A stretch of 35,090 nt of DNA, taken from assembly GCF_006345805.1 (NCBI RefSeq), contig NW_021829913.1, positions 1-35,090 on the forward strand, written 5' to 3'. Position 1 is the stretch's first letter. Each line of letters begins with the position of its first letter. This document shows positions 22,171 through 33,014 of the stretch, one piece after another. The notes beneath the pieces are model-generated. The model had not been told where the DNA came from and made no database searches. It saw nothing but the letters and a program-made list of their open reading frames with translations. The position numbers and the translations under genes were made by a program. Source of the stretch: Octopus sinensis. Lineage: Eukaryota.

Positions 22171-22270
22171 CTATAAACATACATAGACACAAACATTTAT
22201 ACACAGGTATGTGAAGGTATATTCATATATTTACATATGTCCATTTATGTATATGTGTATGTATGTATAT

Positions 22271-23649
22271 ATCATCATCATCATCGTTTAACATCCACTT
22301 TCCAAGCTACCATGGTTGGACAATTTCACTGAGGACTGGCGAACCAGATGGCTGCACCAGGCTCCAATGTTGATCCGGCAGAGTTTCTACAACTGGATGC
22401 CCTTCCTAACGCCAACCATTGAGAGTGTAGTGGGTGCTTTTACGTGTCACCAGCACGGGGCCAGTCACGCGATACTGGTAACGACCTTGCTCAAATCTTT
22501 TACACATGCCACCTGCACAGGTGCCAGTAAGGCGATGCTGGTAACTATCAAGCGACTTTTATGTGCCACTGGCATGGAAGCCGGTTAGCCACTCTGTCAA
22601 CGATCACACTCGTATGGTGCTCTTTGCTCCCCGCTAGCACAGATGCCAGTCATCGGATTTGATTTTGATTTCACTTGCATCAACAGGTCTTCGCAAGCAG
22701 AGTTTTAGTGTCCAAAGAAGGAAAAGGGACGCAAAGTGGGCTGGTTACGCCCCTGGCATAGGCCACGAGGTTATGTTCTCATGTGGCTTGTTGAGTCTTC
22801 TCACGCACGGCATATTTCCAAAAGTGTCGGTCACTAATCATTTCCTTGGTGAGGCCTAAAGTTCGAATGTCATGCTTCACCACTTCATCCCACGTTTTCC
22901 TGGGTCTACCTCTTCCACAGGTTCCCTCAACCGCTAGGGTGTGGCACTTTTTCACACAGCTATCCTCATCCATTCTTGCGGCATGACCATACCAGTGCAG
23001 TTGTCTTTTGTACACCACATCTGCTGCTTCTTAGGACCAATATTTCTCTCAAGGTACTTAGACTCTGTCGAGTATGCACACTGACATTACACATCCATTG
23101 GATCATACTGGTTTCATTCCTTGCGAGCTTACGCATGTCCTCAGCAGTCACAGCCCATGTTTCACTGCCATGTAGCATGGCTGTTCGTACACATGCGTCA
23201 TACAGTCAACCTTTTACTCTGAGCGAGAGGCCCTTTGTCACCAGCAGAGGTAAGAGCTCTCTGAACTTTGCTCAAGCTATTCTTATTCTAGCAGCTACAC
23301 TTTCAGCGCACCCTCTCCTGCTGCTGACTTGGTCACCTAGGTAACGGAAGCTATCAACTACTTCTAGTTTTTCTTCCTGGAATGTGGCGGAAGTTGTTCT
23401 CTGCGCATTTTCAGTGTTTATTGCACCCGAGCATCTGCCACATACAAAAGCTATCTTCCCAGTTAGCCTTCCTTTGATATTGCTGCACCTCTTATGTGTC
23501 CATAGCTTACCACTGGGTACATCTTATAGAATTTTTACCTATGCCTCTACTACAGATCGAGCAGGGCCATCTACCTGAAAGGATTTGTGGTTTGCTTGCC
23601 TTCCCACTTATTAGGATTTGGTTTTAGCTAGGTTGACTCTAAGGCCCTT
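22271..23649 (-). mobile_element. 5'-truncated RTE copy with a long (~500 bp) 3' UTR
   Basis: Minus strand GLRVNLAKT, PCSIC, YLG, MLHGSETW, CGRGRPRKTWDEVVKHD; (GAT)n tail at 22271-22285; the 5' end abuts (TA)n at 23650. Confidence 0.93.
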
Positions 23650-23733
23650 TGATAATATATATATATATATATATAAATTAATATTTAGCAGAAGTAACAA
23701 AGTGACCTAAAATCCGAAAGTTTTGTTTATTAG

Positions 23734-23795
23734 CATTTATCAAACTGGTTCTTTGGAGGTATATTCCCAGACCTCAAAAACCAGTTTGATAAGTG
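23734..23795 (+). ncRNA. Pre-miRNA-shaped hairpin (candidate only; strand uncertain)
   Basis: 24-bp stem with two 1-nt bulges and a 12-nt loop; perfect 14-bp core ttatcaaactggtt / aaccagtttgataa. No expression evidence. Confidence 0.3.
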
Positions 23796-24119
23796 TCAAC
23801 TCTCAGACCTTGAGTCCCTACTGCCATGCCCCTATCACCCCTACCTCTATCTTTCATCTCTCAATCACTCTCTCTTCTTCTTTTTACTCTACTATCTTAC
23901 TACTGTAACAAAGATTGGCAGTAAATCTCTTCTCTTCACCATTCTTCCAATGAAACTAGGGATGTTACTGGACCTACCTGAGTCTCTCCTCAACACTCAG
24001 CCACTCCTTTTCATATATTTATTACCCTAGATCTCTCACCCATCCCAGGGTATATGTCACACCCAGAGATTGAGGGGAACCTTTAGTTTTGTCAAGGTCA
24101 TGGCGATTGTCTCTAGCGA

Positions 24120-24280
24120 TGGTGCCATAAGATGCACCCAGTGCACATTGTGCAGTGGTTGGTGTCAGGAAGAGCATCCAGCTGCAGAAAGAAAACCAGA
24201 AAATGTAACTTCAGGCAAGATATTCTCTGAACCATCCAACCCATTCCAGCATGGAAAGTGGGGGTAAAATGATGATCATC
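24120..24280 (+). mobile_element. Isolated RTE 3'-terminal segment (extreme 5' truncation or RTE-dependent short element)
   Basis: gtggttggtgtcaggaagagcatccagctg...gaaccatccaacccattccagcatggaaag...atgatgatc. Confidence 0.7.
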
Positions 24281-24650
24281 ATACATACATACAGATGTAT
24301 GGATGTATAAATATACATATGTGCATCCTTGTGTATATATTATACACATTCATTCTATCATATATACATATATATGTATGTGTATCCTGAAGAAGGTCTC
24401 TTTTATTTTTCATTCCTCCTGGGGTCAATAGAGTAAGTCATTATTTCATAGACCAAGGAGGATCATTCTGATGATGATGGGTCACCAGAATGTCATTAAA
24501 AAACCCCCACCAATATTCCTAATCCACCTCATTAAACCCCCAATACTTCATAATAAACTACACCAAGTTATAACTCCTCACCTAACACAAAACAAAACAC
24601 ACTTCACCTGCCAAACCCCTTTTTCATACAAACACATCTTTCTCATTGCT

Positions 24651-26340
24651 ACGAAGAATTCCGGGTAGAGGTAGGGGTCCACCAAGGCTCAGTACTCAGC
24701 CCCCTCCTATTTATCATAGTCCTCCAGGCAATAACGGAGGAATTCAAGACAGGATGCCCTTGGGAGCTCCTCATATGCTGATGACCTTGCTCTAATTGCT
24801 GAGTCGCTATCAGAACTGGAGGAGAAGTTTCAGGTGTGGAAACAAGGATTAGAATCGAAGGGCCTCAGAGTCAATCTAGCTAAAACCAAAGTCGTAATCA
24901 GTAGAAAGGTAGACAAATCACAAACACCTTCAGGTAGATGGCCCTGCTCGATCTGTAGAAAAGGTGTAGGTAGAAACTCTATAAGATGCACCAAGTGTAA
25001 GCTATGGACACATAAGAGATGCAGCAATGTCAAAGGAAGGCTAACTAGGAAGATGGTTTTTGTATGTGGCAGATGCTCAGGAACAATAACACTGAAAATG
25101 CTCTGAGACCAACTTCTGTCACTTTCCAGGGAGAAAAACTAGAAATAGTTGATAGTTTCCGTTACCTAGGTGACCAAGTCAGCAGCGGGGGCGGGTGTGC
25201 TGAAAGTGTAACTGCTAGAGTAAGAATAGCTTGGGCAAAGTTCAGAGAGCTCTTACCTCTGCTGGTGACAAAAGGCCTCTCGCACAGAGTGAAAGGCAGA
25301 CTGTATGATGCGTGTGTACGAACAGCCATGCTACATGGCAGTGAAACATGGGCCGTGACTGCTGAGGATATGCGTAAGCTCGCTAGAAATGAAGCCAGTA
25401 TGCTCCGATGGATGTGTAATGCCAGTACTCACACTCGGCAGAGTGTAAGTACCTTGAGAGAAAAGCTGGACCTAAGAAGCATCAGTTGTGGTGTGCAAGA
25501 GAGACTTTTGCGCTGGTATGGTCATGTGGCGAGAATGGATGAAGATAGTTGTGTGAAAAAGTGCCACACCCTAGCGGTTGAGGGAACCTGTGGAAGAGGC
25601 AGACCCAGAAAACCTGGGACGAGGTGGTGAAGCACGACCTTCGAACTTTAGGTCTCACTGAGGAAATGACTAGAGACCGAGACCTCTGGAAGTGTGCTGT
25701 GCGCGAGAAGACCCGGCAGGACAAGTGAGTCCACAACCCGTGGCCTTCTACATGGGACGGAGCCAGCCTACGTATGCATACCTTCCCTTCTTGGGACACA
25801 AAACTCTACTTGTGAAGACGTATTGAGGCAAGTGAGGATCAGAATCGAAATCGATCAATGGAAATTGCGGATGTGCTACCAGTGCCGGTGGCATGTCGAA
25901 ACTCTGCTTGTGAAGACCCATTGAGGCAAGTGAGGATCAGAATCGAAATCGATCAATGGAAATCGATCAATGGAAATTGCAGATGTGTTACCAGTGCCGG
26001 TGGCATGTAAGAGAACTTTCCGTTTCGCGACCGTTGCCAGCACCGCCCCGTTTCGTGTTCGTTGCCAGCCTCGCCTGGCCCTCGTGCCGGTTGCACATAA
26101 AAAGCACCATCCGTTCGTGGCCGTTTGCCAGCTCTGTCTGGCACCAGTGCGGGTGGCAACGTAAAAAGCACCCACTACACTCACGGAGTGGTGGCGTTAG
26201 GAAGGGCATCCAGCCGTAGAAACACTGCCAGATTTGACTGGGCCTGATGAAGCCTTCTGGCTTCACAGACCCCAGCAGAACCGTCCAACCCATGCTAGCA
26301 TGGAAAACGGACGCTAAATGATGATGATGATGATGATGAT
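24651..26340 (+). mobile_element. 5'-truncated RTE copy, relatively young, with a tandem duplication in its 3' UTR
   Basis: ORFs 24834-25106 and 25064-25630 encode GLRVNLAKT, the PHD finger, FRYLG, MLHGSETW and LRWYGHV. A ~96-bp duplication lies at 25803-26010; (GAT)n tail at 26318-26340. Confidence 0.95.
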
Positions 26341-26588
26341 TAAAGATAATTAAGATGAACCTACCTTTCATTAATTGGGCTTATTCATTAACCAATCTTT
26401 ATTAATCTCAATTAGCAACAAATAATAACGATCCTCTCAACATGCTGTCTATCAGTGTGATTATATGAAAGCCCATCTTGGATAAGCTTTCCGAGCTAAT
26501 CAATGTTGTGTATGATAATTGTGTGGATTATATTGAAATGTCGAGAGATTTACAGCATTTGTCAGGTTAAGAACAGTTTCATCTCCAG

Positions 26589-26612
26589 CTTTATTCGTAT
26601 CTGTGAATCCAG
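26589..26612 (+). other. Candidate 24-nt 5' UTR micro-exon
   Basis: ttcatctccag|...|CCAG gtaaat, upstream of the strong acceptor at 27157. Confidence 0.25.
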
Positions 26613-27164
26613 GTAAATATGATGGAAACCAAGCCAACCATGACTGTCCCATCATTAGTAATACTTGTACCTGACAAATGTCTATGAAACATAATAAAGT
26701 CTATGTTTTGCTAATTGTTCCATGTTAACAAAGTTTGAACATGATTGCGTGTGTTGGGACATAATATAGCATGTACACCAATTAAAGTTAATTTTCTCTA
26801 CAGCTTAGTGTGTCTCGTTATTGAGTGCTTTTGGAGCAGGGGAATCTCTTTGACTAATTATCGTTAAATAAATCTAAGCCACACATGACTATTTCTTTGT
26901 GATGTTGAGAGCAAATATCATTTCCAGTGAAAATAATTATTTCTAATATTTAGACTCCATGTAATTAATGAAACTTATTAATACATCTTAGAATAGATTG
27001 TAATAAGTTGTTTAAATATTAATTAGACAAGATTAATTCACTGACAGAAATACATAAATGTTTTGTTTGGTTTTTCAAATGATGAAGCAAACATCATCTC
27101 CCTGAAACTTTAATATTTTCACAAAGCTAAATGTTTTCCTTATATTCTTTTTTACAGATTCACT

Positions 27165-29682
27165 ATGGAAGACCAGACTGAAAATACTTTAAGGAAACTT
27201 ATCCCTCAGAAAAGGGCTTTGAGTTACTCAACACCAAAATGGGATGAAGAAGGTTGACCATCAAAGGTGTAAATATGTGAGAGATGACGGTTCAGAGGAG
27301 AGAAATGTCCGAGAAACGAGCTTCATCTCAGCCAACAACAAAACAAAAAAGACATAAAGGAGACCCTAAAAACTGGGAAAAATGGGAAGACGAAATATTT
27401 TTGACAAACACATATTTTATACAAGATTCAATGCCTATGAGGACAAAATTGATTTGTTGATAAATTCTCGGAAAGAAATATGTACTTTTTTAAAAAGAAT
27501 AGGAATGGATGAAAATACTTTTCTAAAACATTTACACAGAGAATAGAAATTCTGACGAAAGACATTAAAAAAAAAGATTACAATCAAGAATTTATAATTT
27601 TTGGAAAACTAGAATTGTTCCTGGAACACTATATACAAGAAATATTCTACAAGACAAACACAAAACCATTGAAGCACCAAAAATAATCACAAAATTTCGG
27701 CCTCTTCAGCCAGTTGTGACTAGAGAAGCAAACATTGAGGAATCTGGAGAAGAATTTGAAGAAATCCAATAATATCCAATATTGTCATCATAGAAGAGGG
27801 AGTGATGACATATTCCCACAATTGCAAGATAATAAGTTTAGTAACAAGAGACAGTGACAGAATTAATGTCCATTGTCCATCTCTCTGTGACCAGTTTCAC
27901 AAGAATCAGTGAAGACATGGTTCTGGCAACCCTCCCCTTCCATGAAATGATTCTTATTATCAGCCCCAAAACCTTCAAGATCAAAAGGATACAGTTGGGG
28001 TTACATATGGGAGTTACTTGGAAGATTCTACACTTATAGGTGTAGAAATGTTTGGTAAGATAGTTTACCAATTGATTGGGAGGATAATACCATTAACTAT
28101 CATTTATTACCCAAGAAAACCCTACAGATATTGCTGTAGGGGTCCAGAATATACTTGTAATTACATTCGCCAGCATCAACAGAGTAATCTGTTACAAACT
28201 GGATGGCCAACAGTTATGGGAGGTAGAGACCCATTCTCTGCACCTCCCAAGTAAAATCTCTCTCTACCAAAATTATTTCTATGTCCTCCAGGGACAAATA
28301 ATTTATAGGATTTCAGCTAAAGGTGGTGTGACAAGGAGGGACATTGGCAGGAAATGCCACTCTATTTCTGTTGGTAAAGATACCATTTTGGTAACAGATT
28401 ATTGCGGCAAACCACATGGTATTCAAATGAATAAAGACTTTTGGCCCAACCTGTCATACAACCACCAGCTACATACCCCCAGTTTAAAAGACTATATCGA
28501 TATTGAGGATTGCTACAACATTACAAATATTCTACCTATGTCTACATCTCTATATTAATAATTTACAAAAACAAGAAAGCTAAATTATTCACTGATAACG
28601 GGGGAATAATAACCAAAATAATTCAGTTTTCCTTGAGCTTCCTTCTTTCTGTTGTAGAATAAACGCAAACAGATTCCTGGTATTTTATCCTGAAATGAAA
28701 GGGTTTCAGTATATCACCTGTCCTGAACTAAGAAAAGGCCCTTTAATAAAGGTGCAAACTGGTTACCTGAAAATATGTCATATTGTATCAAATAAGTGTC
28801 TAGCTGTGACCACCACTGAAAACAAAAGCGAGGTCCATATCCTCTTGATCCACAAATATAAAGTTGACATTGCAGAAAGAATTTCTCTGGGACATCATAA
28901 TGTCAGCATTGCTGCAACTCCAATTAATTTTGTAGTCGTAGATGGAAACGAAAATAAAATGGTATTTTATTCCACATGTGGTGAAGAACTTTTTCAAAAA
29001 TACCTTCCATTCTATGGCTACCCTCATCACATCTACTCTGATAATGTTTATTTCTATGTCCTCTTCAGGAGACACTCTCTCAGATGTTAGATGTTACGAT
29101 CTATATGGACAAATGAAATGGCAGTGGGAACTGCCTTTCCCTGTTCACCCTCACATTGCTGTTTTCCAAGGAACTCTTTATGTCCCGGACACTCAACTCA
29201 ACAGGGTTCTTCTTTACAAGTATCAAGACTGGTCGTCTGCTTGCCTTTTGCCCATTAAAAATCCTTACATCAGAAATCTAAATCTACGTCTCAAAGAAAA
29301 GGAGAATGACCAAAAACTTGTAATTGGCGAAATATGTGATCTGTCCAATGGACAGTTGGTGGTGTCCGACATCAACCATGATTGCTTGTTGTACATTTCT
29401 GAGGAAGGAGACATTGTGTCAAGATTACCTCTGCCGTCTACAGCCACAGATATATGTCGATGGGATTCTAATCATATAGGGGTCACATTACCCCTACAGA
29501 AACAATTAAGGGTCATCGGAAACCTATCAAAGAGAGTGAGAAGTGTATCATTTAGGCAGCCTTATGTACAGGTGTGTAAGATGGGTGAATGTGAAATTGT
29601 CTGTTATTGTGATAAACCATCACATTTAGATATTTTAGCCATCAATTATTTATCAAGTTGAAGAAGTAATTAAGACAATTAA
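27165..29682 (+). pseudogene. Frame-disrupted 5' half of the multi-beta-propeller gene (helical N-terminus + modules 1-3); real pseudogenisation or assembly indel errors
   Basis: Strong acceptor ttttccttatattctttttttacag (AG at 27156-27157) with ATG 8 nt into the exon. Frame-hopping gives continuous protein-like text, e.g. FNAYEDKIDLLINSRKEICTFLKRIG, TSFTRISEDMVLATLP, PTDIAVGVQNILVIT, ATDICRWDSNHIGVTLP. About 15 frame changes by manual count. Confidence 0.8.
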
Positions 29683-32625
29683 TATCCCTGTGTTGTAAAA
29701 TCATTATCAATAGACAAGAAAACAGAAAAGCTATTAATTGTTACTAGGGGAAAAGCTTTTCAGTACAACACTAGAATAGGTGGTGGTGGTCGTGGAGGTC
29801 GTGAGATGGTCCCCAGTGTTTTAATGTCCCAAGTGAAACGTCCCCTCAGTCTCCAAGGTGGATCTATTGACCAAACGTCTGTTTATCTGATAGACAGAAG
29901 CCGTATGTTTGCCATAAACGATCAGAATTTGTTGGTTAATGATCTCGTTACTAATAATCAACTGAATTATTATATCGACCTGGTGGATGTATTTTCCAGA
30001 CACATTTCTCTCAGTGAAATGTTGTCTTCCACTTTATATCTACAGGACCTCACAGTTTCTGATAAAGCCAGACATATTCCTCTCCCTAAACATTTGGGAG
30101 ACAAAGGACCAGCGAGGATTGAACGTTTGGTTCTTACTGAAAATAATCTGATTGCAGGATTTGACGAGGAGAATGGAATCATTAAGATATTCACATTGGA
30201 TGGTCACCTATTGGATTCAATCAAAGTGAATGTTTATAGAGATATTAAAATGTGTCGATGGCAGTCAAACACACTGGTCATTACGAGTTGGGATGATAAT
30301 AATAAACCCCAACTGTTGACATTAAAAGTGGAATTTCCATTGTCGTTGGTAATTTACAAAACGAGAAATAAATATGATTGTGTGGCTTCTTTATCAAACA
30401 ATCAACTGGTTTTGAGTGAATTTGGAGATGGAAGACATTTGCATTTTGTTGATATTAATGAAATACATTCGAGTGTGAAGGAAATAAAAAAAATAGACAT
30501 ACCTGAACCATTAATAGAGAGAGACGAAGATGGAGATTATTCTGATATAATCCAGGATATTAAAGTTACTGATGAAGATGTCATCATTGTCTTAAACTGG
30601 AGATTCATCATTTTCTTCAACAGTGGTGGTCAATATTTACATTCAGTCAGACACTACATGTGGTATTATTTTGGTGATGTTGTTGACACGATGACAATTG
30701 ATGACAGTTTTTTGTACATTCATGGTGAGTGGGAGAAATGTTTTGGTTTATCTGAATATAAAAACATTTTGAGTTTGACCCAGAATGGGGAATACAAGAG
30801 AATATTTTTAAATAAAAGGATTTATAAAGATGAAGTAGATTTCTCCAGTATAGACTGTAAAGGACCAAGGTTTGTTGGAAGCCCCAGGAGGGGAAGAAGA
30901 GAGAATGAATTGTATGTTGAAGGGTTGTTTATGGTGAATCGAGACAGCTTCCCGGTTGCTCGTTTACAAACAGACGAATGTCCTGTTCAAGTAAAAGATT
31001 TTGATGTCTCTGAGGAAGGAAAGACAGTTGTGTGTGAAAAAGCCAATAATGGAAATGTTAAAATATTCGATGAAGACGGCCAGTTGCTACGTCACAGAAA
31101 TGTTGCAAGTTTAGTTGGTGGTGTGTGTTTTACACAAGAATCACACATAATGGCCACGGTTCCTAAAAGGAAAGAAATATTTCAACTGAATGGAGAAGAT
31201 TTGCAGACATCTCAAGTTTGGTCGAGTCTCATCCCTTATGGTGTAATATGGAGAAAAGTGGCGGGTATTTACTGGTGTGTACATAATGAATTGATTGAAT
31301 GTCATTGCATAAAGATTGATGGGGACCAAGTGAACATTCTGGAATCTGTGTCGTCATTAAATCTTGATTCTGGTCTTCGTTTCCCTTCCATTACATCTGA
31401 AACGAACAAGGAAATATTCAGTAATGAATTAATTAATAAATTGGAATACAGAGGAGGGGATGGAGATGGAGGAGGAGGAAGAAGAAGAGGTAAATCAGGT
31501 GAAATAATTGGTGAAGGTAGATTAAAGGTGAGATGTGGTAATTACATAGCGGAGATTAATAATTCTGGAATTGATGAAATATCAGTGAGGAGACTTCCAT
31601 ATAGGACAGCAATGGTCCCTTTTTCCATTCCTGCATTCGAGGAACCTGTTGATTATGATTGTGGGGACATTAGGGACTGGAACAGTAAACTAATTAAGTC
31701 AGATGAGAATGTGAGTGTGTTGATGTTTCGAGAAAGTGTCACATTAATCAGAACAACAACAACAACAACAGTGGACATACTTCAACATGAACAACAACAA
31801 CGAACACCACTGGACATATGTCGGTGGACAGAGGAATGTTTCATTGTCGCCTTTGGGAGAGAAATGAGGGTCTTCAACAGGGATCTCCGTCGTTTAAAAA
31901 CCATCAGAACTGAGAAATACTACAACAGGATTTATAAATACAACGACAATCAACTCGTGTGTGGTGGTCACGATATTAGAGACATAACTCAAGAAGAGAG
32001 ACACAAGAAATACGAAAGAATATGGGAGAACAACAAGGATTACTATTATTGCAAAGACCTTGACATCTTTGACCCTTATTATGTGGATGTGGTTGATATC
32101 AAAGATGGGAAATGTAAAGATGAATTGTGTCGTGGGAAGAGGAGGAGATTGGGAAGGTTTGAGGGAGATGAAGGGGTGGATGATGTGGGAGTCACATCTT
32201 TTGGTGATGTTGTTGTTGTGAGGAGGGAGATGAAGGAGAAGAAGGGGTCTGAAGATTGGGAAGTTTTTTGTTTTGTGGAATGGTTCAGGGAAAAGTCTTT
32301 GGTGAGGAGGATAAGAATAGAAAAAGGAAGGTTTTATGATCTGGAATATTATATTCCAAGACCTCGTCTGACCATAATTGGTGAATGTGTTTATATAACA
32401 GATTCAAGAAACAATATTTACGAAATACCTCGACATATTGAAGAGGAAACATCTGAAGATGATGAAATCCTGAGATTAAAAGATAATCCAAAATATTTAC
32501 TCCTCAGTGAGGATGATAATGAAGTCTCTGAAGTTCTTGGTTTGGATGTTTCAGACAATTCTTTGATGGTTTTTGGAATTATTCCTGGACCTCAACCTTT
32601 TGCTTTCTTTTATTTTGACAAATAA
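29683..32625 (+). CDS. Intact 3' part (980 codons; first ATG 29806, 939 aa) of an intronless protein with tandem NHL-like beta-propeller modules
   Basis: 2.9-kb stop-free frame in AT-rich DNA with repeated blade-like motifs (IKIFTLDGHLLDSI, VKIFDEDGQLL, IIFFNSGGQYL, MCRW/ICRW). AATAAA (32621-32626) overlaps the stop. Fold assignment is inferred from motif pattern. Confidence 0.85.
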   Translation, partial: YPCVVKSLSIDKKTEKLLIVTRGKAFQYNTRIGGGGRGGREMVPSVLMSQVKRPLSLQGGSIDQTSVYLIDRSRMFAINDQNLLVNDLVTNNQLNYYIDLVDVFSRHISLSEMLSSTLYLQDLTVSDKARHIPLPKHLGDKGPARIERLVLTENNLIAGFDEENGIIKIFTLDGHLLDSIKVNVYRDIKMCRWQSNTLVITSWDDNNKPQLLTLKVEFPLSLVIYKTRNKYDCVASLSNNQLVLSEFGDGRHLHFVDINEIHSSVKEIKKIDIPEPLIERDEDGDYSDIIQDIKVTDEDVIIVLNWRFIIFFNSGGQYLHSVRHYMWYYFGDVVDTMTIDDSFLYIHGEWEKCFGLSEYKNILSLTQNGEYKRIFLNKRIYKDEVDFSSIDCKGPRFVGSPRRGRRENELYVEGLFMVNRDSFPVARLQTDECPVQVKDFDVSEEGKTVVCEKANNGNVKIFDEDGQLLRHRNVASLVGGVCFTQESHIMATVPKRKEIFQLNGEDLQTSQVWSSLIPYGVIWRKVAGIYWCVHNELIECHCIKIDGDQVNILESVSSLNLDSGLRFPSITSETNKEIFSNELINKLEYRGGDGDGGGGRRRGKSGEIIGEGRLKVRCGNYIAEINNSGIDEISVRRLPYRTAMVPFSIPAFEEPVDYDCGDIRDWNSKLIKSDENVSVLMFRESVTLIRTTTTTTVDILQHEQQQRTPLDICRWTEECFIVAFGREMRVFNRDLRRLKTIRTEKYYNRIYKYNDNQLVCGGHDIRDITQEERHKKYERIWENNKDYYYCKDLDIFDPYYVDVVDIKDGKCKDELCRGKRRRLGRFEGDEGVDDVGVTSFGDVVVVRREMKEKKGSEDWEVFCFVEWFREKSLVRRIRIEKGRFYDLEYYIPRPRLTIIGECVYITDSRNNIYEIPRHIEEETSEDDEILRLKDNPKYLLLSEDDNEVSEVLGLDVSDNSLMVFGIIPGPQPFAFFYFDK

Positions 32626-32687
32626 ATATTTCCAGAAATACTAAACTTCAATCTTCTTCTTCTTCTTATTGTTGTTGTTGTTGTAAA

Positions 32688-32740
32688 TGGCTTCGCCCGG
32701 GAATCGAACCTGCATCGCATACATTGCATTCTACACACTT
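32688..32740 (-). pseudogene. Degenerate tRNA(Gly)-like fragment
   Basis: Reverse complement agtgtgtagaatgc...ggttcgattcccgggcgaagcca resembles the D-arm (AGTGGTAGAATGC) and T-arm/acceptor (GGTTCGATTCCCGGCCGATGCA) of tRNA-Gly; anticodon arm unrecognisable. Confidence 0.45.
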
Positions 32741-32895
32741 ATTGTTGTAACATTCCTCAACACACTCTCTTTGTGTGTGTGTATATTTATATACAGTATA
32801 TGTACATGTGTTTATATATATATACACACATATTTAGGCATGTATGTATAGAAATAAGGCTATAAGTATGTATGTTTGTGTGTGTGTATATACGC

Positions 32896-32939
<44 letters not shown>

Positions 32940-33014
32940 GCATGCATGTATGTATAGGAATGTCTGGTCCGAAAGCAGAGACTTTCATAATCATCGATTC
33001 TCCATTAAAAGGCA

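Noticed and set aside
26235-26270. CTGATGA followed by a small hairpin (gaagcc-ttct-ggcttc) in the RTE 3' end, suggesting a hammerhead ribozyme
   Set aside because: No GAAA core follows stem II, and CTGATGA is not conserved in the other RTE termini (4155-4190, 22340-22365).
27255-27287. Three in-frame stops (27255, 27270, 27285) as proof of true pseudogenisation
   Set aside because: An adjacent frame is open across the same interval (MKKVDHQRCKYVRDDGSEE), so the stops may simply be off-frame after an indel.
29683-32625. Naming the propeller gene as a TRIM71/lin-41, brat or TRIM2/3 ortholog
   Set aside because: No RING, B-box or filamin domain and no canonical NHL PxGVAV consensus; the similarity is fold-level inference only.
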